A program made the position numbers and the translations under genes. From Catajapyx aquilonaris (Eukaryota), in NCBI GenBank assembly GCA_000934665.2, contig JYFJ02002417.1, forward strand, positions 1 to 57,450: a stretch of DNA of 57,450 bases, written 5' to 3'. Positions 1 to 11,651 of the stretch are shown piece by piece. Below the pieces are notes generated by a model. The model ran no database searches, was not told the DNA's origin, and saw only the letters and a list, made by a program, of their open reading frames with translations. The first letter of the stretch is position 1. Each line of letters begins with the position of its first letter.

Positions 1-446
1 TCTCGCAGTCAACCAGGCATTTCGGTGTACCCTTTCGATTGGCCTCCGCGTTTTTCCCGCCAATTTTGAAGGCACTTTTAAATGTGCCGTAATTTATTCA
101 GTAATGTCATTTTGATGCAACAGAGTGATGGAATGTATGTTTACGGGCATGGGCTAGCTAGTTATGAACAAAAATCCCAAATCCCAGACCAAGGCTAGTT
201 CCCCATTGTATACTGCATACTAACTCGTTCGATTGCATGTTTTTTTGCTGTTGCTTTCAGGAAATCCAACTAGACATATTCATGTCAGTTTTGAGTTTAT
301 TCCATCTATATTATTGTACAGACCCTCAAATATTTATGTAGATTTTAGCTTCAGTTCCAAGCTGAAAAAATGAATAACTTGCTGTACATGATTCAATCAT
401 TCCATCTATTTGACATGTGGCGACTGAAACCATGTGCTTGCAATTC

Positions 447-2501
447 TTACAGCATTCCAGTGTCCATGATTGATTTGTGTCGGACTGTGAGATGGCTGCT
501 GATCTCATCCCATCGCATAATATCGCAGCAACAAAGGCTTTCCAAGATGAATTCCACCACACTACATCCAAGGCCTAACAGTAGCATTAACAATGGCGCC
601 CTCAAGTCAGCCACGGAGAAGACATCTTCCTTCATCTTCCTGATTTCCTCCTGCTCGTCTTCCTTCCTCCTCAACCCTCGAGTCGGGAGATGTCTCACGT
701 AAGCGTCGTCGTTCTGCCATCTCTCTATCAAGTGCGCTTCAAAAACTCTACTGCTGTGTTTTGCCATGTTGGGAGTGTAGGCTTCACCTCGTCCGAAACC
801 AATTCCACCGAAGCCATGCAGATATTCATCAGGGTAATAAGTCAACTTGTTCTCACCCTTCCTGTTCACAAACTCATCCTTCTCTCCGGATACAGCTTGA
901 ATGGATGCTATGCAGGCAAAATCACTCTTGAGGGTGGCATACAGGCAAGAACTGGCACTGCTCATGACTGACGTGTTTAAATATATTATTTCATAGACTG
1001 GTATGTCTAGGTCATGCGAGTTTAACTTCTTCCACCCGATATGGTACTCCATTGTTGGGACCCCCCATTTGAATCCAGACCCCACCAGTTCTTCTAGAGT
1101 TGTAGGAAGCTGTTCATATGGTGGAGTGGTGATGAACTCGACCAGTTTGGTCCTGTATCCGCAGCAAACCACGGTCGCAAACACCCAGAAAATTCCAACT
1201 ATGAATCGGTGCAGCCAGTGGGAAGGTCCGGTCAAAGGCTGCTCGAGAAGGATCCGGAAGAGGAAGGTCAAAGAATGCAAGAATAGCCTCAGTTTGGTTT
1301 GTGATGAAGTGATAAAAATCAATGACAGAGCGCAAATCACAGTTGTCACCAAGACACTGATCCACATGGAAGGTGTGAATGGATAAATCAAGATTTTCCA
1401 CGTCATTTTGGAACGAGGTTTACGAGTACTCATTATTGCGAACCAGTGCATATATGGGTGTGACATTTCCAAATTCATGGCATCATATTGCATCTGCAAC
1501 GTAAGGGAAGTGAAGTTTACCTTTCTCATAATAATGCTACCCAGTACACCTCTCCAGGTTCCGTTTTTATATTTCTTTTTAAAACCGCCGTCGAACTGGT
1601 CGACAGTAATGCGTATCTTGCAGTGAAGAGTGTCTTCAATGAGAAGGGCAAAATTCTCAAACACATGTACAAACATGCGGCCCAAGGTGTTCCTCCTCGT
1701 TCTCTGATCGTCTGTATCGTACGGGTAGTAGCTTCCCACGGTCAGGCTGCTTCCGTTGAGGTCACGGGTCATGTCCAGATAGAGTGACCCCGCAGTGACC
1801 TCTTCCCTCTCCCTGTGGACCCCCATGTCCACAATGGAAGGATGTCCTGACTGACAGTAGAAGCAGGCCGTGAAGAGACGGGTCAGATGACCTGCTGGGT
1901 CACCAGTGGCCATCATCTTGAACCTTATTCCCGACAGCATAGTGTCCGAGAGCCAGTTGAGGTCAGGGGGCGTGTTTGGGGTCATCCAGAAAAAGAAGGG
2001 GTCGTGGAGGTTTCTCACTCTGACTAGACTTGCCACGTGGAGGACCAGTTGGGCCAATAAGCTGGATCTATAGGGAGCGAGCAGGTTGAAGGAGCATCCC
2101 ATCAGTGGAAATGAGTGTGGTGACCTTGAGGGTCGGAGGTCAGATGGCATGGAGGTGAAGGAGAGCAGGTCCTCCTGGCTCCTGAGTCCTGGGTAGTCCT
2201 GGTAGGAGAATGTCTCGTTTTCCTCCTTGACAGTTGTTACCACCGTCCTGTCCCCCCTTCCGATGAATGCACCCAAGCCAGTCCATGGACACCCTTCGTC
2301 CCTGGTCCCTGGCAACCACCAGTGAACACCAGTCGCTGTTACTCACCAGTAGTTGCTTCAGTAGGTCGATTGTTGATCCTTCGTCGGCATCCTTCTCTAC
2401 CAGACTGTTGATCTTTCCACAAGTGATAGTGACTGGTAGCAGTGCCAAGATCACAGGCAGTACAGTAGATGAAGCAAGACGGACAGAATGATGGGATTCA
2501 T
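447..2501 (-). CDS. Divergent ionotropic receptor (IR, iGluR-related chemoreceptor), intronless; 5' end apparently frameshifted (possible pseudogene or assembly error)
   Basis: ORF 447..2315 carries IR hallmarks in order: S1 'NGTWRGVLGSIIMRKVNF', pre-M1/M1 'KPRSKMTWKILIYPFTPSMWISVLV', M2 'FWVFATVVCCGYRTKLVEFITTP..PTTLEELV', and M3 'FSVADLRAPLLMLLLGLGCSVVEFILE'. The signal-peptide-like start MNPIILSVLLHLLYCL begins at ATG 2501 but hits a stop; the hydrophobic sequence continues in another frame (VILALLPVTITCG...). Confidence 0.85.
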
Positions 2502-2510
2502 GCCGTGTCG

Positions 2511-2541
2511 ACTGAATTGGTGACCACTAATTGTCTTTATA
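2511..2541 (-). promoter_or_regulatory. TATA box plus arthropod initiator of the IR gene
   Basis: On the minus strand, TATAAA (2541-2536) is followed 20 nt later by TCAGT (2515-2511), then the ATG at 2501. Spacing is canonical. Confidence 0.6.
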
Positions 2542-4041
2542 TTATGCAACTGTAATGAACTTCAACAACCAAATGTTTTCCCACCGAAAGTAACACTGCA
2601 ACTGCTGATATAGCCAAGCAATACATATATGCCTAACTTTTGCGCTTCTGGAAAAGCGTCAACATGTTTGGGTCATTTAGTTTGTCCATCGACCGTGACT
2701 TCGGTGCCGTGTATGTGTGTGCTCTATAGTATATCCAATCAATACTGTGCTGTTCACCTCAGCAATACATTTGCCAACTGGAGTGGAGCGAAAAAATTAA
2801 TAGTATTTTTTTATAGAAAATGTATCCTAAGTGTAACCGACGCGACGATCACCTGCATATTATTATATTATGAAATGACAACACCGTGCCCTTAACTTTC
2901 CAATCACGTTTCACAAATCGCAGAATCGACTTCCTAGCAAGTGCAAGGACTGCAACGCAATTAGGATGGCAGAATAGCAGAGTCCTCCGGATTTTGCAAT
3001 TAAATTTGCGAATCCCCCGTCTCACTACTTCTGTCAAAAGCGTGACCTGAATCGAACATACTTGTAGGAGAAAAAACCAAGATGCAATTCCACACGAAAA
3101 TCAGGTGAATCCAATTCACTCCCAATATCGACCTTGTTGGTGCAAAATGCAGGAAACTTTCGCAACGATTCCGGCAACGTTCTCACCAGAGGATCATTTT
3201 ATAGAGTGTAATTTAAGAGGTCTGGTACTACCGCACAGGAATAATTAATTTGCAAATGACTAAGGTATTTTTTGTGCAGTTAGTAAGATTACGGGTGAAG
3301 CTTTTTTCCAAAGGGAAGGTCAATATCGCAGAATAAAGCTCCACCCTTTCAGTACACAGTACTGCAATGATTATTATCTCAAGATACTGCGCAGAACTGA
3401 AGCTTATTACAATCATAGCCTACTTCTAATCATATGGAACTCCCATGTGACACTTGACGTGACCCTTGACGTGATTATATCAAAGGGAGTGGCACTTTCG
3501 GAAATAAAAAGGGATTTGCATGAGAACTTAAATTCAGGCGGTGTCTGATCCAGCAAAGACTCATCTTGCTAAGTGTTTAACAATAATAATTAATTTCAAC
3601 TTGAAACCTCCATTGCGCCAGTAAATGGTTTTATTAACAACAGGAGTGAACAACGGAATGTACATCTGTAAACAGAAAAGCCGTAATTAACTCCCATATA
3701 CACGACCTTTTTTTCTTTTTTCAAACAAAAAAAAACTCGCAAAGATCGTCATAAGCATGGAAGGCAAAAAAGCGTAACGCAAACACCTGTGGCGTAGACA
3801 GTTATTTTGTTTGTTTTATGCCATTTTTACACGCTGTGCAGCTTATGTCAGTCGTATAACAATTTTTTCTTTCAAATTACATAGAAATTTCGCATTTTTT
3901 TACATTCCGGATGTTTTAGCGGTTGGAAAACACCCCCACTCTGAGTGCATGACAAGCATCGTTTAACACTGACCTAGTAGCGTCCACATAATGAGCGTCT
4001 GAAAAAGGTGAAACTTTTCCGTGACCATCACTCTCACTTCC

Positions 4042-5495
4042 TCAACCGTAATACTGCTCTCGTATGTTTGAAGGCAACTTCAACGAGAGGTACACTGGTA
4101 TCGGAACCTTGTAAGCAGGAATACGTTTCACTTGGGGCATCTTAGAGTCGTAGGTGAACTTTGGTACATGAGGCACGTGGTTGTGGGTCATCACCTCTTC
4201 ATGCTTCGGACTCTCTGGCACCTCCTGTGAATATTAGTTGGTGATTTTTGTGATTAATAAAATAATGTTTACAGTGTGATATGGACTTACGAATTGTTCT
4301 TCGTTGTCATCGTGCTGGTCATCAGAATAATCTGATTCGTCTTCTTCTTCGGTCTCTTCAGTTACCTTGGGAGAAAGTGCGTCCTCAATGGTAAACTTAA
4401 CAGGTTCAGGTGCCGCCTCTTCTTTTATCTCAGGCTCAGAAGATTCCTAAAGTCACATGCAACTTGCTGTTATACTTGTTAAGTGTGACAGTCACAAGAA
4501 CCAGAAATACAGTACCATTTTTATGACGTACAACATTCATTTCGAATTTGGATAATTAGCATATATGATTGTGTTCGAACCATTACATTCACTTTTATGA
4601 ATGGTAACCCAGTTTTTAAGCATTATTTATGACGCAAGAGCAATATTATTATTAGGCTAATGCTGCATCATAAATAAGGTTAGGATATTGATAAGAAACA
4701 CGTTACAGGTACAATGATTGGAAAACTAATATAATACTTAATTGTGACTCTAAAAATTACCTTCAAAATGTTCATGACCTTTAAAATGTTCATTACAAAC
4801 GTTACTGAAACGAGAGTGTGAACAGTACATTTATCATAATATTAATGAGTAACAATAACTGTGTAACTGTAAAATACATTTAGCAGTAATTTGCCCAACT
4901 CTGAACACATATGGCACCTAATTATTATTCTGGCCCTATTAGTTGTAATTGGACAAGAAATGAATTAGCAATTCATTTAAAAAATTGATCTGCCTTTTTT
5001 TTGTAATGTGACAATAATTATATGAACACGATAAGATGTTGTGTTGACATTCCCAAACGTGGTTTATTTAGCTGGCATCAGAAGGTTTGACTTTAGATTA
5101 TTTTCACGATTGTCTAACTTGTCAAACACATGTCCTAAATCGCTATAACCTTATACGTATGATTTGCTATACTTTACACTCACGTAGGATTCCTGATTGA
5201 CCTCGTGTCCAAATGAGTACTCGTGGTCTTCGTGGTCTCCGTGTTTTTCCTCCTTCACCTTGCTGTATCCATACCCTTCCTCCTTCTTGTATCCATCTTC
5301 GTGGCCGTCGCCATAACTTTCGCCCTTGTTCGATATGTAAAATCCGTGCTCGAATTTGTAGTCGTCGTCTGCTTGGCTCCAACCGACTCCAACAATCAGG
5401 AGAGACGCAATCACTATCTGCAACAATTATTCCACTGTTAAACTGTTGCCTTCAATTACGCATCACTCTCACGTGGTTATTACCATTCTGGCCAT
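4042..5495 (-). CDS. Secreted His/Glu/Asp-rich low-complexity protein (~195 aa, 4 coding exons), possibly cuticular
   Basis: Exons 5495-5484 (MARM|gtaat), 5417-5184 (IVIASLLIVGVGWSQADDDYKFEHG...QESY|gtgagt), ~4446-4291 (ESSEPEIKEE...DDNEEQF|gtaagt) and ~4224-4042 (EVPESPKHEE...IREQYYG*), all phase 0 and GT-AG. An N-terminal signal peptide is present, with upstream ATATAAA (~5560) and TCAGT (~5527). Confidence 0.75.
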
Positions 5496-7184
5496 TGTCA
5501 CCTGCTGTTGTCCCGGAGTAACACTGATGTCCACTGTGGCCTTTCTTGGTCTATTTATATGCAAAAATGGAAAGTGGCCCTTTCTCCACCTTCATGACTC
5601 CTCCCATTTTTATATGTTACGAGCTGCACTTCTCTAAACCTGCCAAGCATTGTTGAGTGGGAGAGATACATGCTATTAGCGGCTCAGAATGCGTGAACAC
5701 ATTATTTAACGAGAGTATATGAATTTATTGCTCTTTGTGCCATGACCACTGACCAGCATGATGTGCTCCAAATCTTATCCTTTGTACAAAACGACTTTGA
5801 AATTTTGGAACGATCGATCACATAATAATTATGGGGTAAAATTGAGTCTAGGGTAACTTAAATTAATTTCGGTGACCTATAGGAATGGTGTAATAAAATA
5901 TTGTCACGTCAGGCAAAATTAGATAATAAACCGTAAATCCCTTAATATAGAAACCACTCAGATGTGACCAGATATGACTAATTTGTTTTACAATACAAGT
6001 CGAGTCTTCAAATGCTCAATAAAAAAGAAATAATAATGAATATACTAATAAAATAATCATCATCAGCATTGCCATCAATTTGTAATGTACGCACTTAAAA
6101 AACAACACAACCACTAATTATTATGAGACTCGGAATTTTAATCGTCAGTGACACAGTTCACAGCATGCTCTCCGTTAAAATTATGTTGATTATAGTTTCC
6201 ATAATGGAACCAATATTATTTTATAGGCCTACATTTATTTACATTATATTTGCAAACACTGGTGTGGTTAGTGTAGTACGATCAACCGTTGAATCATAAA
6301 TAAATATCCAAATATTGCAGGGTGTTCACGTTTTAAAAATAAAATCTTTGAGAATCATAAGACTGTTAGCTCAATTTTTCCTTGCTTTAAAACCCGTCGT
6401 AATACTTACTGAGTTTTATAACATTTTAAACATTATTTGTAGGTATGAAAATCGTGAACAGGTTGTTGCATCATAAGCGGAACAACCATCAGTGTGAAAT
6501 ACTCAAATAACAATTAATCACATGGCCCTGCGTAACGTGCTGTTACGTAAGACAAAAAAAAATCTTTTTTTGGAAAAGCAGGCCAGCTGACATATTAGAA
6601 ATTCAAAAAAGCGGAATAATAGCAGCACAATTATTATAGTGCTGACGAAGTAGGCCGATTGGCGATGAAGAATTTTAAGATGCAAAAAGGAACCGGCGAT
6701 GGCAATAAAAGAGAAATGAGTGTGGGGTATAGGACTATTACAGTTACATTACAGTATATTACTGTCTTGCATTGTTAATTACTTTACTCGGCAATTTTCG
6801 GGTTGCAACTCAAGGCCGGTGTTCCTAATGTGAAATTCATTGCTAATATCAACACCACTAAACCACATGTCATAAACATAACCTAGTGAATACATAGAAG
6901 GTGCAATCACGGATTGTATGAGTAAGACGTACTGTAATAAAATGCTGCAAATTAAATGATAGATCATAGCAAACTCCTGTTCAATGATTTTATTAGAAAG
7001 TCAACTTGTCTCATAACTACTCGTTCATATATCGATTACGGCACATGCGTCGGTCCTCGACGTTTGTAGGTGTGGTCTGTCTCGTCCTTGAACTTTGCAT
7101 CAACCAAGCTCTATATTCAGATTGTGTATTTTTCAAGTGTCTATAGTCTTCTACGCCCGATCAGTTCAAAGCCAGTGAGCCAAC

Positions 7185-8568
7185 ATGGCGTTTTGGAAAC
7201 ACGGTTCAGACGACATGGACAGCATATCAGTGTCGTTTCGACCATTGGAGAAAGTGTCGGTCATACTTGGTCTTCTGCCGTACAAAACCTTGCCCATCAA
7301 GTACAGACAATGGACAACACTGATTCATCTGACGTTGCTGGCCGGATTTGCAGTTTCATATGTTATCCAGCCGACTTCCGTATTCGTAGGCATTCAGCAT
7401 CATGGCAAGCAGATTGACATTTGCACTTTCGGATTGTTCATACTCTCGCTGATACTGTACCTGTTCAACTTTTTGTATATGGCTTACAAGCCTGACTTGG
7501 TCGCTTGCATTTTGGATCGGATACAAACTTTCGACTCTGATTTACACGATGGCCTGTCCCATAAGGGAATCCGGATACGTGCCGTGATGCTAACTGCGTT
7601 TGCAGTATGTCACACAGCTGTTTTTGCAGCAGCCTGTCATTTAGGAACCCCGGCCAAAAATTTCACAGATATATATTACTTTTGGGTAGTGAGCCACATA
7701 TTTTTCTGCAGTAAAGTAGTGGCATGCCAGCTCATTTTTTTCGCTATTGCTATTGAGCAAAGAATGGACATAATCAACGCTGAGTTGTCCTCGTTTTGTT
7801 CAAAGTGCCAAATATTTGGGCTGGAAGAAAATAGTGGTAAGAACCACTTGACAGAAGCCAGTTTGCATAAGAACGGCAGGTTGTTTTTTGAACTGTGCGA
7901 TTTGATCAAGCTGGTTAACAGCACATACACACTATTCATGCTGATATTTTACTCAGCTCTAATGCTGACGATACTCACGACCATGTTCTTCACAATATTC
8001 TCCTTCGGGAATGCCTACGACGAATCTATCGGCAGCACAATAATAAACTCGGTGTTCACAGTGATGTATGTTGTTCTCGCCGTTTTGCTGACTTTTTCTG
8101 TCGGAAACATATCAGTACGGGTGAGCCAAAGTTAAAACAATGTAAATAATTAGACACTGACCATATTTTCTATGGTGTGTAGTCGACCGAAGCATTAGAC
8201 GACCTAATTCGAGTACGTCAGATGGATCTGACCCCAGCTGGACAAGCACAGGTATCCAAAATTAGACTATTATTTTTTGCAAGATTGTCTTCTAAAATTT
8301 CCCCCCAAAAATGCCAATGTCTTTGTATTTTGACTCAGGTTCAGGCTCTGATCCACAAAATGTCAGGTTCTTCAATACAATTCACAGCCGCCAGCTTCTT
8401 TACTGTCAATCGAGGGACAATCACATCCGTAAGTTCTCCTCTTACTCTGTTGTCACACTGACTGTAAGTGTCACTAATGCCATATTTTTTCCTCCCAAGA
8501 TTGTGGGGGCAGTGGCTACATATCTCATCGTACTAGTTCAGTTCAAAGGATCTGAACATCAGCTTTAG
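7185..8568 (+). CDS. Gustatory receptor GR-a (7TM chemoreceptor)
   Basis: Exons 7185-8120, 8183-8251, 8339-8428 and 8500-8568, with three phase-0 C-terminal introns. C-terminus 'FTAASFFTVNRGTITSIVGAVATYLIVLVQF' matches the GR TYhhhhhQF motif. Confidence 0.92.
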
Positions 8569-8779
8569 GTTGACGCAAGTTATTGCAGTGAAATGTTACA
8601 CCATCAGCCTTGTGGTTGTTATATAATCAAGAAGACCTACATAATATGAAAATTATTTGAAATATATTTTTTTACTGTACTGCACTACGTAGCATATTTA
8701 TTACTGTGTACAGAATTGAAACAGGTGTAACTTTCATTCCCTCATGGCATGAATAATAATTATTCTGCAAAATAATATC

Positions 8780-9480
8780 TGGATGGTCTGCAGAACGATT
8801 CTGGGGGAATCCGGATAATTCGCAATAGGACGCTTGTGATTACGACGTTTTCGTTGCTAACTCATGCACTATACATGATATCCTTATTCTTGGCCACCCA
8901 GCATGAAAATTTCTCCCATTGTTATCTACTGTGGGTGAGTTTCCCCTTGAACTTGAGCCCGAGACTGCTGGCATGTCACGTCAATTTTTTTGCCCTGTGC
9001 ATCACACATAATTTGAATATTATAAACTCTGAAGTGAAAGCCGCATGCACGTCCAAGCTCTTTGCGTCAGAGACTATCCGAGCAGATATCCGGATAAAAA
9101 TCCGGAACAGATTGTTCATAAATATTTGCAGATAACTTTTCAGAATGTGGGACGTATCGCAACAAGTGGCAGAAACGTACGGATTCTTCCTTCTGGTTGA
9201 TATTAATTATTATTACTTTTTAACATGTACAGGTTAATGCCCTAATTATACTATAAAAATGTCTGGATTTCCAATGCAAATAGCAGCAGCAAATTTTTTC
9301 GCCATCAATCCAGGTGTGCTGATTTCAGTTAAGTGTAGTCCAGCATCGTCCTGTACGTATGAAATGCTTGCAAATCATCATTATCTTTTTTCCCAGATTC
9401 CAGGCGGCGTTGCTACATATCTTATAGTCTTGACACAATTAATGTATGCAGAGGTTTCATTCGATCCACCTACTAGTACT
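8780..9480 (+). pseudogene. 5'-truncated gustatory receptor pseudogene
   Basis: GR-like fragments 'LLACHVNFFALCITHNLNIINSEV', frameshifted 'FRMWDVSQQVAETYGFFLL', 'MSGFPMQIAAANFFAINPGVLIS' and 'IPGGVATYLIVLTQL'. There is no N-terminus, exon 2 is missing, and stops/frameshifts are present. Confidence 0.75.
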
Positions 9481-9769
9481 AATATTACACTGTCCAACAG
9501 TATAATATATTTCATAATTATGATGAATAATTTCTCCAGAAAAACGGCCACATTTCCTTCATGTTCAAGACTTATTTACAATCTTCGACATTGTTAATTG
9601 TCTCGTTGCTCAGCAATACCATGTTGAATATCCACCATCAATAATTTTGAGCACATTTCGCCACTACACCGGTGGTACCATGACCAAATTACAGCATTTT
9701 TTTAGGCCCCTCCTGACTCCTGCACACACACAAAATTGTCTTTAAAATGGAAAATCTAGGAGTGGCACA

Positions 9770-11439
9770 ATGAATAAACCATGTGTAAGACCAGAAGAAA
9801 CTTCAGCACCCAATTACAGCAAATTCATCTTCGGAGGATTAGCAGGGTAAGTACGCCTCTAGTTACATTGGAGTAGTTTGACGAGGGAAGAGTGTATCGC
9901 ATTGTGTCGTATGCGTGTCGTATGCGTGTCGTATACTGTAATATTATGTCGTATGCATGTACGACGTACTGTACATACGATACGCATACGGTATACAGTA
10001 TAGGACACACATACGACGTAGTGCATACACTATGTCGTACTGTACTGTACGTCGCATGTGCAGTACAATACAGTATGTCGTATATATGGCCATTCTTCAC
10101 TCTGGATGTCTCCTCGTCCTATATGACAGCATGGCCGCAGCAGTGTTTGTTCAGCCGGCGGAACTGATCAAAACCTGGATGCAGCTGAGCGGAGAGGGCG
10201 CCCATGTCAAGCACACGGGAACAATGTCCATCATGAAGGAGGTGGTGGCCACCAAAGGAGTGTTGGGTCTGTGGCAGGGTCTGTCTGCAGGTCTCTTTCG
10301 ACAAGCCACGTACACCACCACCAGAATAGGCGTGTACTCGTACCTGTTCGACAAGTGCACCGGACCTGATGGTGAACCGCCTTCCTTCGGGGTCAAGGTA
10401 TTGTTAGGGATGGCCGCAGGGGCAGTCGGAGGAGTCGTGGGCACCCCTGCCGAAGTGTGTCTCATCCGGATGTCCTCTGACGGAAAGCTGCCTCCGGAGA
10501 AGAGGAGGAATTACACAGGGTTGTTCAACGCGATAGCCACCATGGCCAAAAAGGATGGTTTCACGTCGCTGTGGAGAGGCGTGGGACCGACGGTGGCCAG
10601 ATCAATCGTCGTCAATATAGCACTACTATCGTCGTACTCGCAGGTCAAGCAGATGATGTCGGAATCAAGTATGCTTGGAAGTACGTTACACCTGCTGGGT
10701 CCCACATTTAACTGGAACGATAAAGAAACGATAATATTCTCTCTCCAATAGAATACATGAAAGAAGATGGGGTGCCGCTGTATTTCTGCAGCAGCATGAT
10801 TGCTGGATTAGCCGCCACGGCCGTGTCGTTGCCTGTTGACATCGCCAAAACAAGGTAAGATTCGCAATATATTCCACACGTACAGACGATTTCTTTTAAA
10901 CGAACGTAACCGAGTAGGCTATACCCACCACAGTTCGCGCAGCGTGCACGGTTGGCATTATTATCAATCATAGTTTGGTAAGCTCTATGTAGTAGGCGTA
11001 CTGTCCTGTACTTATTTCCAACGCTACGCTTAGAGGGAAAACAAAATGGCCGACTTTTTCGACGTTTCCAAAGCTCTGGAACGAGCTACTGGGGAGTAAA
11101 TTTGGCAACATTGTTGTCAGAACAATGGAGCTGCACATTCGGTTGCTCTCGTAAAAATAAATCATCTAATATATTAATTCACACAGTATGTTATGAGGAA
11201 AATGGACTAATTTATTCTTATCATTATGATGTAGGATTCAGAGCCAGAAGACCTCGTTGGGTCCCCCGAACTATAAGAACACAGCGGATGTCCTGATCAG
11301 AGTGGTCAAAGAAGAAGGGTTCCTCTCTCTGTGGAAAGGGTTCACACCCCAATACGCGAGACTAGGACCGCACACCGTACTCACCTACATTTTCTTCGAG
11401 CAAATGATCAAACTGTACCAAAATTTCTGTGAGGGATGA
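9770..11439 (+). CDS. SLC25A11: Mitochondrial 2-oxoglutarate/malate carrier-like protein (SLC25 family), paralog 1
   Basis: Exons 9770-9846, 10130-10668, 10752-10854 and 11235-11439. Motifs KFIFGGLAGMAAAVFVQP, GLSAGLFRQATYTTTRIG, GTPAEVCLIRMSSDGKLPPEKRRNY, SLPVDIAKTRIQ and SLWKGFTPQYARLGPHTVLT are typical of the OGC subfamily. Confidence 0.9.
9890..10086. repeat. Low-complexity self-complementary repeat in intron 1 of carrier 1
   Basis: Repeated GTGTCGTATGC and its reverse-complement-like CATACGA/TACGAC units, with many GTAC/TGCA palindromes. Confidence 0.55.
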
Positions 11440-11651
11440 ATCGGATAAAAAAATTTATGATTGTGTCGAACATGGAAGCAAATCGATCAGTGTTTCACTT
11501 TATGAGATCACATGGCTCCACCCTTTCCCTTGTGTGCTCAAGTAGGCCTATAGGTCATATTGTGGCTGATGGTTATCGACAACTGGAAGGGTAAGTTCGA
11601 CATGCCCTTGGACATTCATTCGTTGTCCAAAGCACATAGTGAGCCGGTACT

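Noticed and set aside
370..1787. Several plus-strand ORFs of 70-130 aa
   Set aside because: They are antisense shadows of the IR coding sequence with no recognisable motifs.
9957..10129. N-terminal part of the 264-aa ORF (MYDVLYIRYAY...)
   Set aside because: It is read-through of the repetitive intron; the real exon 1 is 9770-9846.
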